This document shows, piece after piece, positions 19,260 to 27,581 of a DNA stretch of 64,000 bases. The stretch covers positions 2,016,001 to 2,080,000 of the forward strand of contig CAXXVL010000002.1 in NCBI GenBank assembly GCA_963667845.2, read 5' to 3'. Within the stretch, counting starts at the first letter, position 1, and each line of letters opens with the position of its first letter. The notes under the pieces were generated by a model. The model was not told the origin of the DNA, did not search any database, and saw nothing but the letters and a program-made list of their open reading frames with translations. Both the position numbers and the translations under genes were made by a program. Source of the DNA: Smithellaceae bacterium (GTDB taxonomy: Bacteria; Desulfobacterota; Syntrophia; Syntrophales; Smithellaceae).

Positions 19260-19501
19260 CTTTTCCATTGCGAAAAGATGATGATCGATCGGGCTGTGTA
19301 AAAGCGCAGGCGACGGACAGGCCGTTGGCAGGCTCTAAGGCGGATTCCTGATCCGCAAGGGTCAATCGATAGAGGTGGTTGATAATAATTTTGAAGTAAT
19401 CAAATTGTAGAAAAATGGCCGCGATGGGACTTCGCTTGCGCGGCCATGCGGGAATAGAATGAAAGTGCCAGATCGCTTTTTCCCGAGTTAGTCATTTCTG
19501 C

Positions 19502-19575
19502 TGAGGGGTCGTCTAATGGCAGGACAACAGGTTCTGGCCCTGTGAATCGAGGTTCGAGCCCTTGCCCCTCAGCCA
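19502..19575 (+). tRNA. tRNA-Gln (anticodon CTG)
   Basis: TGAGGGG/CCCCTCA acceptor stem, ACAGG-TTCTGGC-CCTGT anticodon arm, GGTTCGAGCC T-arm, encoded CCA. Confidence 0.95.
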
Positions 19576-19887
19576 TTTCTTTCCTTTCGCTTTCCTGCAT
19601 CATAAAGGGTCGAGCCGTTTTAGCGAGATCACCTCCAGAGATTTCGCAATCGTTTCCAGTTCACCAGATGATCCATTCAGACTTGGCAATTTTCCCTGCG
19701 TCCACGCTTAAGGCTCGGCTTGGCGGACATTCCGTCACTCAGGTCGCAGCATTCCAACCCTTAACACTCCCGTTGACCGATTATCAGCAGATGCCAATAG
19801 AGGTCAGCGGACCCAATTGCTTCTTCGGACGCAGTCTCTTTGCGGGACGGTTGCCGTAATTCATACAAAATCATCGGGAAAAAGAAT

Positions 19888-19933
19888 TTGACAAAAGAAT
19901 GAGAGCTGTTTATATAATACCCCCAGGGGGTAT
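19888..19933 (+). promoter_or_regulatory. Sigma70 promoter with CsoR/CstR-type operator
   Basis: TTGACA (19888), TATA(T)AAT (19911-19918), overlapping palindrome ATACCCCC-A-GGGGGTAT (19917-19933). Confidence 0.8.
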
Positions 19934-19935
19934 AT

Positions 19936-20199
19936 ATGGACGAACATCGAAAAAAGGTTTTAAACCGCTTAAAGCGCATTGAGGGACAAATCCGCGGGCT
20001 GGAGCGAATGGTGGAACAGGAAGCGCCCTGTGCCGACGTGCTGACGCAGCTTTATGCCGCTACGGCCGCCTTAAAGAAAACAGGGGTGGCCATTATCCAT
20101 ACCAATATGAAGCGCTGTATTCAGGAAGCATCAAATGATCGCGGGAAAAGCATTTCGGATTTTGAGCACGCACTGACCCGGTTTATCGGCATGTCCTAA
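19936..20199 (+). CDS. CsoR/RcnR family repressor, CstR-like (x-C-N-C fingerprint)
   Basis: RLKRIEGQIRGL.RM, C..VL.Q, HTNMKRC with Asn where Cu-sensing CsoR has His. Confidence 0.88.
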   Translation: MDEHRKKVLNRLKRIEGQIRGLERMVEQEAPCADVLTQLYAATAALKKTGVAIIHTNMKRCIQEASNDRGKSISDFEHALTRFIGMS

Positions 20200-20211
20200 A
20201 AGGAGATCATT

Positions 20212-21216
20212 ATGAAATCGGCCGAAGTGTCTAAAATGAGCCGCCGGTCTTTTTTACAAATAACGGCCGGCGCTGCCGCGCTGGGCGGGCTGCATTTGCC
20301 GACGGCCGCCGAAGCCGCATCGGATGAACGATTGTCGACGCTCATCGATTTGAGCCTATGCGACGGATGCGTCGATCGGGATACGCCCGCTTGTGTCGGC
20401 GCCTGTAAGACGATTAACAAAGACAAAATCCCCAAAGTTGCCGACGACATTCCCGAACCCTGGCCGAGAAAAACCATTGAAGACTGGTCCGAAAAGCAGT
20501 CGGTAACCAACCGGCTGACGCCTTATAACTACATCTACGTGCATAAAGCGGAAATCGAAACATCCGGCCGTAAACAGACGATCTTTGTCCCGCGGCGTTG
20601 CCTGCACTGCGATAATCCCGCCTGTGCGACTATCTGTCCGTTTTCCGCCAACCATAAAAACAAAAATGGTGCGGTGGTCATCAATTCCAACCAGTGTTTC
20701 GGCGGCGCGAAATGCAAAGACGTCTGCCCGTGGGAAATTCCACAGCGGCAATCCGGCGTCGGCATATATCTCCATGTCCTGCCCGGTTTTATGGGAAACG
20801 GCGTCATGTACAAATGCGATTTGTGTAATGAGAGGCTGGCGGAAGGAAAGCTGCCGGGATGCGTTGAGGCCTGTCCGCGCAAGGCCATGCTGATCGGCCC
20901 TAAGAAGGATATCGAAGCGGAAGCGCAAAGGCGAGCACGCGAGATGAATGGCCATATTTACGGCAAAACTGAAAATGGCGGGACCTCAACGCTCTATGTG
21001 TCGCCGGTGTCTTTTGAAGTGATCAACAAAACAATGACGAAAAGACCAGGACAGCCGGATATGAAACCGGATGTCAAGCGCCGCATGATCGGCACGGATG
21101 CTCTGGGGAAAACGGTGCTCGCGGCTCCTGTCCTGGGTCTGGCCGCGGCCGGAGTGACCGGCTGGTTCACCCGTCGCAAGGAGCTGGTGAAAAAGGAGAA
21201 ACAAGATAATGGCTGA
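20212..21216 (+). CDS. Tat-exported multi-Fe-S protein with C-terminal membrane anchor (HybA/FdnH-like)
   Basis: SRRSFL Tat motif; four Cys groups (one CFGGAKC lacking a Cys); C-terminal hydrophobic helix followed by RRK. Confidence 0.88.
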   Translation: MKSAEVSKMSRRSFLQITAGAAALGGLHLPTAAEAASDERLSTLIDLSLCDGCVDRDTPACVGACKTINKDKIPKVADDIPEPWPRKTIEDWSEKQSVTNRLTPYNYIYVHKAEIETSGRKQTIFVPRRCLHCDNPACATICPFSANHKNKNGAVVINSNQCFGGAKCKDVCPWEIPQRQSGVGIYLHVLPGFMGNGVMYKCDLCNERLAEGKLPGCVEACPRKAMLIGPKKDIEAEAQRRAREMNGHIYGKTENGGTSTLYVSPVSFEVINKTMTKRPGQPDMKPDVKRRMIGTDALGKTVLAAPVLGLAAAGVTGWFTRRKELVKKEKQDNG

Positions 21217-21985
21217 AATGATTCTCTCTGAAAATAATCTCGTTGTTCGCCATAACCTGCTTGAGCTTGCAGAACATTGGGCGATAGCCGTGTCCGGTCT
21301 TCTTCTGCTTTTCACGGGGATATTTGAACTTCCGGTGGCCAAACGATATTACATTGTTGCGGTTCCGGGGTTAGGCTGGTCGGCTGATTTTATTACTTCC
21401 CTGTATATTCATTATGCAGCGGCGCTCGTTTTCACGGCAGCGGGAATATTCCACCTGGTCTATCACGGGTTTCGCGGCGAGAAGGGAATGATCCCGCAAA
21501 AAGGAGATCTGGGCGCGTCCGTCACCGTGATCAAGAGCCTTTTTGGATTCGGGCAGGAACCGCCGATGTATAAATATCTTCCTGAGCAGCGCTGGGCTTA
21601 TGCGGGGATGGCCTTCATCATGGCCATGCTGATCGTCTCGGGGCTCATCAAAACTTACAAGAATATTTACGCGCCGGATATGTCGTTGGGAATAGTCCTT
21701 GCGGCAACCTGGATTCATAACATCTTTTTCGTTCTCTTTTTCCTTGCCTTTCTGGGACACATGGCGGCGATTGTTTTGCGCCCGAACTGGCCGATGGTCC
21801 GGGGCATCTTTACCGGTAAAGTCAGGCTGGACTATGCCCGGCACCGCCATCCCCTGTGGTTGAACGAAATGGAAAGCGAAGAAGTGTTATCAGCGGCCGT
21901 TTACCAGGCGCCTCCTGATGAAGCGCCTATCGCAAAGGAAATGGCCCCTCCGGCAGCTGAGATTTTGAAAGAAGAGCCCGAATAG
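21209..21985 (+). CDS. Di-haem cytochrome b membrane subunit (FdnI/PhsC-like)
   Basis: Four TM helices with His (EHW, IHY, IHN, GHM), KY.PEQR, M..G.V...YAR..HP.W. Confidence 0.85.
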   Translation: MAEMILSENNLVVRHNLLELAEHWAIAVSGLLLLFTGIFELPVAKRYYIVAVPGLGWSADFITSLYIHYAAALVFTAAGIFHLVYHGFRGEKGMIPQKGDLGASVTVIKSLFGFGQEPPMYKYLPEQRWAYAGMAFIMAMLIVSGLIKTYKNIYAPDMSLGIVLAATWIHNIFFVLFFLAFLGHMAAIVLRPNWPMVRGIFTGKVRLDYARHRHPLWLNEMESEEVLSAAVYQAPPDEAPIAKEMAPPAAEILKEEPE

Positions 21986-22049
21986 AAATCAGGATAGTCG
22001 GCAAACGTGTCAACAAACGAATGGAAATTAACGAAGGAGGTAATACTTT

Positions 22050-22958
22050 ATGAGGAAAATGAAATGGATTCAAACGGCGGTATTAGCGGCACTGCTGATA
22101 CTATCATTCACGATCACGGCACCGGTGCAGGCGGCCAGAGCTATTGATCCCATCGTATCTACGGATTGGCTGCAAATGAACCTGACCAATCCGAATCTGG
22201 TCATTATCGATCTGCGCAAAGTTGAGGATTATAAGGCCGGTCATATACCGGGTGCCGTGAACGCCTTTTATGGCTCCTGGGCCATCAAGAAGGGCGACCT
22301 GCTTAACGAACTGCCGAACCTGGATGATCTGGCCGAAGTCATCGGCAATGCGGGCATCGGAGCAAATTCCCTGGTCGTTCTCACGGATACCGTGGAAAAG
22401 GTTCCTGATCAGTTCGGCATGACCCGTGTCGCCTGGACATTGAAATACGCCGGTGTCGCCAATGTCGCCATCCTGAACGGCGGGCTTAGTCAATGGGTTA
22501 AAGAGAAAAAGGCGCTGTCACAGGATATGGTCAAGGCCAAGGCAAAGTCCTTCCAAGCGGCGTGGAACAGGAATCTTTTTGTCGATAAGGCCACCGTGCT
22601 GGCCAAGTTGGGCAAGGCCACAATAATCGATACGCGTGCACCCGGCTTCTATGAAGGGAAAGAAAAGCTCGCTTTCGTCCCGAAGACGGGGCGGATCAAA
22701 GGGGCCGTCAATCTTCCGGTGGGCCTGCTGTATACGAAAGAAGGCCTGTATAAGGACAAGGCAGAGCTGGCGGCATTGGCAACTAAGGCGGCCGGCAGCG
22801 ACCTTGATAAAGAGTTTATTCTCTATTGCGATACCGGTAAGACCTGCACCTCCTGGGCTTTCATCATGACAGAGCTGCTGGGATACAAAGATGTGAAGGT
22901 GTACGACGGGTCTTCCATGGAATGGCTGGCGGATCCGAATGCACCGGCAGAACCATGA
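22050..22958 (+). CDS. Exported tandem-domain rhodanese/sulfurtransferase
   Basis: Sec signal ending VQA, IVSTDWL, YKAGHIPGAV, ILNGG, GRIKGAVN, active-site YCDTG, VYDGS..EW. Confidence 0.9.
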   Translation: MRKMKWIQTAVLAALLILSFTITAPVQAARAIDPIVSTDWLQMNLTNPNLVIIDLRKVEDYKAGHIPGAVNAFYGSWAIKKGDLLNELPNLDDLAEVIGNAGIGANSLVVLTDTVEKVPDQFGMTRVAWTLKYAGVANVAILNGGLSQWVKEKKALSQDMVKAKAKSFQAAWNRNLFVDKATVLAKLGKATIIDTRAPGFYEGKEKLAFVPKTGRIKGAVNLPVGLLYTKEGLYKDKAELAALATKAAGSDLDKEFILYCDTGKTCTSWAFIMTELLGYKDVKVYDGSSMEWLADPNAPAEP

Positions 22959-23074
22959 TGTTAGCAAAAGAAAAGCCTTGCGGGTGAATCATCGGCCGGT
23001 AAAGGCTTGGCGGCAGCCGCGGATAAGGCATGGAAAACTGAGCCGTCGGCTGATCGCCCGATTGATAAAAATTG

Positions 23075-23110
23075 AAATGCCCGGAAATAAGAACTTCCGG
23101 GCATTTTTTT
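23075..23110. terminator. Terminator hairpin between convergent genes
   Basis: AAATGCCCGGAA-N8-TTCCGGGCATTT followed by a T-run. Confidence 0.7.
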
Positions 23111-23171
23111 GCCTTTTCTTCGCGTGCGTTTCCAGGGCGGGTTTTCCCTTCGCCGCTTCACGTCGGGCAGC

Positions 23172-23594
23172 TCATGTTGTGAATCCTTTTTTCATCATGT
23201 CGTCCGCGTTTCTGAATAGCGCCATCCCTGTCAGCATTTTGCGAAATCCCAGTGTTCGGTAAAATTCTTCTTTCCCCGGCGATGCATACAGCAGGATATT
23301 GCATGGAGGGAGTCTCTCGAGAATATTTTTCATGATTGCGGTTCCGATGCTCCTCTTTTGGAATTCAGGCCTGACGGCTACATCATAGACAGCTGCCTGG
23401 TAGACGCCGTCGGAAATCGCCCGGCCAAAACCGATCAACCGGTTGCCGTCGTAGACAAATACGGTCGCATGGCTGGCTTCAAATGCTTTCTTGTGAATCT
23501 CGGGGGCGTAGTGCGCCATTCCCACGAGCTTCAATGTTTCCGATACTGTAAGCCAGTCAACACCGGCACAGTCTGTTTGAATCTCTAAGGCCAT
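23172..23594 (-). CDS. GNAT N-acetyltransferase (probable cassette gene)
   Basis: LIGFGR, DVAVRPEFQKRSIG, FYRTLGF; GAGGAGG RBS before ATG 23594. Confidence 0.88.
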   Translation of the reverse strand: MALEIQTDCAGVDWLTVSETLKLVGMAHYAPEIHKKAFEASHATVFVYDGNRLIGFGRAISDGVYQAAVYDVAVRPEFQKRSIGTAIMKNILERLPPCNILLYASPGKEEFYRTLGFRKMLTGMALFRNADDMMKKGFTT

Positions 23595-23619
23595 TGAATG
23601 CCTCCTCATGGATGTTATC

Positions 23620-23675
23620 GGTGAATGTGCAGATCAGTGGCGGCTGAAAAACGTCCGCTGGATTGCCTGGAGCCC
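23620..23675 (-). other. Degenerate attC site
   Basis: Minus strand CAGGC-AATCCAGCGGACG...CGCCACTGATC-TGCAC-ATTCACC; L boxes recognisable, R boxes decayed. Confidence 0.45.
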
Positions 23676-23943
23676 GACTTCTGATCCGCCGATATGCGGG
23701 TACGAATGTTCTTCTAAATGCGGGCTAAAGCCCCTGGCGCTTTAAGCGCTTTATCCTTAATAGATGTTTGGTGCAGAACACGTTTCTGCAAGCCTGTTCC
23801 TCGGAAACCAAAACGGCAGCGCGCAGCCCGTTACGGCAATATCGTGCCCCTATGGCGAAAACAGTTCCTGCAAATCTCTTTTTTCCGTCACGGGATATTT
23901 TTGCTCTTGATAGGAACAGGCCTTATAGGTGCAAGCTTTCCTT

Positions 23944-24303
23944 TCAATGCATTGCGACAGCGCTCTCGGGATTGGCCGCGGTAACTGTACCAACTAGCTC
24001 ATACCCATGCGAGAGAAGGCTCTTCTCGCGCCATGAATTTCCCTTCACACCAAATATAATATTGAGAATAATTGCCAAGAGATTAATAAATAGATCAACG
24101 ACTTTGGAACTGCCAGCATCACTAAAGAGTAATCCTATAATTAAACCAACCACAAAACATCCAATCAAAACGCCAACACCAATTCCCCACATTTTTTTCA
24201 CCATTGCCCAGATAAAGCTGAAAAAGAAAGCAGGCCAAGACCATCCTTGTTTTACAGCCTCAACAGAACCAGAAGGATTTTTAAATAACTTGTATTGCTT
24301 CAT
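23944..24303 (-). CDS. DUF2628-like membrane protein (cassette gene)
   Basis: EAVKQGWSWPAFFF..IWA..K.MW, FG.KGN.WR...L...GY; AT-rich. Confidence 0.75.
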   Translation of the reverse strand: MKQYKLFKNPSGSVEAVKQGWSWPAFFFSFIWAMVKKMWGIGVGVLIGCFVVGLIIGLLFSDAGSSKVVDLFINLLAIILNIIFGVKGNSWREKSLLSHGYELVGTVTAANPESAVAMH

Positions 24304-24360
24304 TTTGTTCTCCTTTCTTGAAAATAACTGGGGTAGGTTCACACCGTCCCCATTTATTCC

Positions 24361-24398
24361 TTTTAACCAGCGCGCTGCACTGAATGCCAGTGTTCGAC
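24361..24398 (-). other. Internally deleted attC site
   Basis: Minus strand GTCGAAC-ACTGG-CATTCAG/TGCAGCG-CGCTG-GTTAAAA; R'' and R' present, central stem missing. Confidence 0.5.
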
Positions 24399-24417
24399 CA
24401 CGCTCGCCGAGCCCGAT

Positions 24418-25077
24418 TTATTGCTTATCAATGCGAAGCCAGTATTGGCTGTCACAGTCGATACCCTGCAGCGCCACTACCTTGAGCCTTCGTCGGTTGC
24501 ATACGTTGGTGATCCACGCAAGCGAATGACGAATGACTCCCGGCGTGTCCGACTTGTGACTGGTACCGACCCAGGACTCGCCCGCGTAATCATCCTTCGG
24601 CGACGCCGCCGGTAAGTATGACGTTAGAAACACACCCGTCGGCGTACTGTCGCGTTGAAACGAGTCGAGGGTCGTCTCGATGTGACGCTTACTCCCATGC
24701 GTCCAGATCGAACCCGCGAGAAAGAAATCGAACTTGGTCGCAAAGGTCGACGAGTCGAACCGCTCATTGAAATCGAAGCGAGGTCGCTTCCGCTCCAGCT
24801 CTTCTATGGTGAATAGGTATCGCTGCCCGTACTCAATCCGTTGGCGAGCTGGTTCAATTCCGCAGTAGCAGTCTGAGTCAAGGAAACGAACGAGCCAATA
24901 CGCTACACGGAGACACCCACACCCAATGTCGAGAACCTTCGACTCGGGCGTCAATCCGTGTTCAAGAAGTCGGACAAGCTGAGCCCGACCGCCGGCCTCG
25001 AACGTCTCACGGGGAACGCCCAGAAAACCATGACGATTTATCATCTCTTCCGCCTGAGTCTGTACCTTAGACACCAA
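24418..25077 (-). CDS. Class I SAM-dependent methyltransferase (cassette gene)
   Basis: VLDIGCGCLR, FDFFLAGSIWTH; GGAGG RBS. Confidence 0.82.
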   Translation of the reverse strand: MVSKVQTQAEEMINRHGFLGVPRETFEAGGRAQLVRLLEHGLTPESKVLDIGCGCLRVAYWLVRFLDSDCYCGIEPARQRIEYGQRYLFTIEELERKRPRFDFNERFDSSTFATKFDFFLAGSIWTHGSKRHIETTLDSFQRDSTPTGVFLTSYLPAASPKDDYAGESWVGTSHKSDTPGVIRHSLAWITNVCNRRRLKVVALQGIDCDSQYWLRIDKQ

Positions 25078-25127
25078 TCTCCTCCAATTCTGCGGGCCGG
25101 GTGCGCTACTCTGCGGCGCGAGGCATC

Positions 25128-25192
25128 CGCTGCCGATGAGCTGAGCCGGAGCGGCCCAAGGGGCCGCGATCGGCTGGATTGTTTAGTTGATC
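25128..25192 (-). other. attC site with degenerate R' box
   Basis: Minus strand GATCAAC-TAAAC-AATCCAGCCGATCGC-(GC hairpin)-GCTCCGGCTCAGC; shares CCGATCGC..GCTCCGG core with attC at 26375. Confidence 0.6.
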
Positions 25193-25279
25193 TCCTTGAT
25201 GTTGCAACCTGTCAGCACGTTAATCCATACCCCTGCAACCCGCTAGAAATAAAGGGGACGGTTTTGTTTATTTTCACAA

Positions 25280-26311
25280 TTAGGTGTCGAGCATATCCCA
25301 GTCATCACCCAACACCCATCTCAAAGCTGACAATTTACCATTGATCATACCCCACTCGAATTCAGACCATGGACCTAAGTTCTTAACGCCATACTTTTTC
25401 TCGACCATAGTCGCTCCTTTGAGAGCGCCCTGCCAAATATCCCTCCGAATTGATCGGTCAGCATGCTTTGCACCCGAAAAGGTTTCGCTGTCAACAAGAG
25501 CGATTTTACCTTCCGCGATACGCTGTTTAAGAAGCTGGTGACGATCGTACCACACTTTATCGGTTAACTGGTCAATTGCAGAAACGATTTCCGCGAGGGT
25601 CCGTGGTTCACCGTGCCACTCACGCTCAATCATGGCATCCGTTACTAGTCGCGGATCTATACGCCTCAAAATTTCAGCGAGATTGATGAGATACTGTGAA
25701 CGAATTTTTGAGAAATAAGAAGCAATATCCGGATGTGGTAGTCTGTTGTCTGACGATGGGTGGCTGAAATCTCTGGTATTGTGCGTGACAAACCCGAAGC
25801 GCACACCCTTAATTGGCTTTTTGTTCACTAATTCTGCATACATTTCAATTAGAATAGCATCATTCATGCTGTTGCGCTGACGGTGAAAAGGGGCTCTTTG
25901 CTTGACGGCGCGATCTGCAGCGCGGAGAATAATGCGATCGCAAGACTCAATGATTGGAACAGAGGCGAAAAGAGCTTCAATTTTGATAACTGCTTCAACC
26001 GCTGCTTCAGCCAAGCGCGGTAATTTATAGTCAAGTTCCTCTAAGTGTTCAATGGCTATTCTTTTCCCGCGTCCTTCACCAAGTCGATGGACCGCTTCCT
26101 TCACGCGTTTAAGTGAACTTGATAGACTTCGGCTGCTTTCTTCAATGACCCTATCCTTGTTGCGCAAAAATTCAACGACAACAATTCTCGGTAAAAGCAG
26201 GCGCAGTTGCCCACTCCGGAGCAGCGCTTCAAGGGTATCAAGAACTGTCGCCTGACGATGGTCTTTGGCAATATCAAGCCATACACAAGTATCCACTAGA
26301 AGGTTGAACAT
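25280..26311 (-). CDS. PIN-domain protein (cassette gene)
   Basis: N-terminal LLVDTCVWL, conserved E, NDAIL, FVTHNTRDF acidic PIN residues. Confidence 0.78.
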   Translation of the reverse strand: MFNLLVDTCVWLDIAKDHRQATVLDTLEALLRSGQLRLLLPRIVVVEFLRNKDRVIEESSRSLSSSLKRVKEAVHRLGEGRGKRIAIEHLEELDYKLPRLAEAAVEAVIKIEALFASVPIIESCDRIILRAADRAVKQRAPFHRQRNSMNDAILIEMYAELVNKKPIKGVRFGFVTHNTRDFSHPSSDNRLPHPDIASYFSKIRSQYLINLAEILRRIDPRLVTDAMIEREWHGEPRTLAEIVSAIDQLTDKVWYDRHQLLKQRIAEGKIALVDSETFSGAKHADRSIRRDIWQGALKGATMVEKKYGVKNLGPWSEFEWGMINGKLSALRWVLGDDWDMLDT

Positions 26312-26374
26312 GATCGTAGTCCTCTATACTTGATAGAGCTGCTACTCGTCTGATCGAATGCGACTGTCTCTATT

Positions 26375-26437
26375 GCTGAACGCGGGCGTCACCCGGAGCC
26401 GACCTTTTCGGCGATCGGGTGCACGCCATAGTTGTGC
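26375..26437 (-). other. Intact attC recombination site (63 bp)
   Basis: Minus strand GCACAAC-TATGG-CGTGCACCCGATCGCCGAAAAGGTCGGCTCCGGGTGACG-CCCGC-GTTCAGC; R''/L''/L'/R' with extrahelical G. Confidence 0.8.
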
Positions 26438-26590
26438 AGATTTTTTCTTTCAGACCTTAATGTCTCAGCTATTGCTCCTGTTGGGAATTTGATAACCTAA
26501 TCCGGTATCTTTCATTCTCTCTGGACCAAATGTCAATATTTCAATTACGTCTTCCCGCCCCTTACTATTTCGATTAGTTGCCACACCGTC

Positions 26591-27055
26591 TTACTTGATA
26601 ATACTGGCAGGAAAAGGGAGTGGTTTATCTTCTACCACGCCAGATACAATAGGATAAAGCAACGCTATTGGGGTGCACTCATTCGGCACTGCTGTTCCAT
26701 CCGGCAATTTTTTTTCTGGCGCCTTCGCCATACTAACAGCTGTCGTTGCCAGACCAGTAATTGCAGTGATCGTTTCCGGTATCTTTGTGTCGGTGATCTG
26801 TCCAACACTAGTAATCATTCCGTTGCTTAGGGTAACTGATAAATTAGCGGTACCGTATCCTGGTATAAACTTCACTGCCTTCTTGGTTCCAGGCACTGTC
26901 ACCACCGTAGCAGTGTACTTACAATCCTTTGCAGTAGTCACAAACAAGTACGGCTTTGGATCATAATATGTAAGTCCTTCCTCTCCGAAATCTAGATGTG
27001 CACATCCCGACAAAAGTGACAAAAAGATGACACTGCCCATTGTGATTTTTTGCAT
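26591..27055 (-). CDS. Hypothetical lipoprotein (first cassette)
   Basis: Lipobox LSGC, AGGAGG RBS, AT-rich. Confidence 0.75.
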   Translation of the reverse strand: MQKITMGSVIFLSLLSGCAHLDFGEEGLTYYDPKPYLFVTTAKDCKYTATVVTVPGTKKAVKFIPGYGTANLSVTLSNGMITSVGQITDTKIPETITAITGLATTAVSMAKAPEKKLPDGTAVPNECTPIALLYPIVSGVVEDKPLPFPASIIK

Positions 27056-27082
27056 AATAACCTCCTTTTAGATAATAGAAAT

Positions 27083-27135
27083 GTCCAACTTATTCTACCG
27101 TTGCCCAACAATTAATCTACCGACTCCGTAAAACC
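27083..27135 (-). other. attI-like site (duplicated core)
   Basis: Minus-strand GTTGGGC and GTTGGAC cores in tandem, between the first cassette and the divergent integrase remnant. Confidence 0.5.
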
Positions 27136-27307
27136 CGGTTTCGGCGGCGCAAGACGCCTTTCAACCGTTAAAGAGAACTTGTTGAAAATCAATGCAATAT
27201 AAATTACGGATTCCGTAAAAGGTCCTTATTACCCTGCAAATACCGAGTCCGCTTTTTCTGTTTTTTTGTGAAGCGTAGTTAAATGTATGTTTTGATGGAG
27301 TGCACAA

Positions 27308-27495
27308 ATGAATTAGATTCTGCCTCAGTTTCAGAAGTACATTGCCGAGTCCAAACTTGCGCCGGCGAGTCAGATACCTCCTACGCCATCTGGGAAAGCA
27401 AATTCATTTGTTTCTCCAATGTCCGGCATGCTAACGCAATTGAATTGAAAATTCAATGAGTTCTTGGTGATCTTAAATGCCAGGGGCGAGTGTAA
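27308..27495 (+). pseudogene. 5' remnant of a putative integron integrase
   Basis: GGAG-ATG, then ILPQFQKYIAESKLAPASQIP / frameshift / YAIWESKFICFSN...LKIQ*VLGDLK; resembles (from recall) the N-terminal extension of long deltaproteobacterial IntI; position fits intI. Confidence 0.5.
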
Positions 27496-27581
27496 ATTGT
27501 TGCGACATTTTGTTTTAAATATGGTAGTTTTCCACGCAAAACAGCGAAACCGAAAATAACGTGGACTGGGAAGGAAATGCT

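Noticed and set aside
19580..19870. ncRNA or gene remnant after the tRNA
   Set aside because: No recognisable structure, riboswitch motif or protein similarity
23768..24529. 253-aa plus-strand ORF
   Set aside because: Overlaps two better-supported minus-strand cassette genes and an attC; no RBS or motifs
19502..27495. tRNA-Gln-anchored integrative island
   Set aside because: No integrase beside the tRNA and no duplicated tRNA 3' end found by eye
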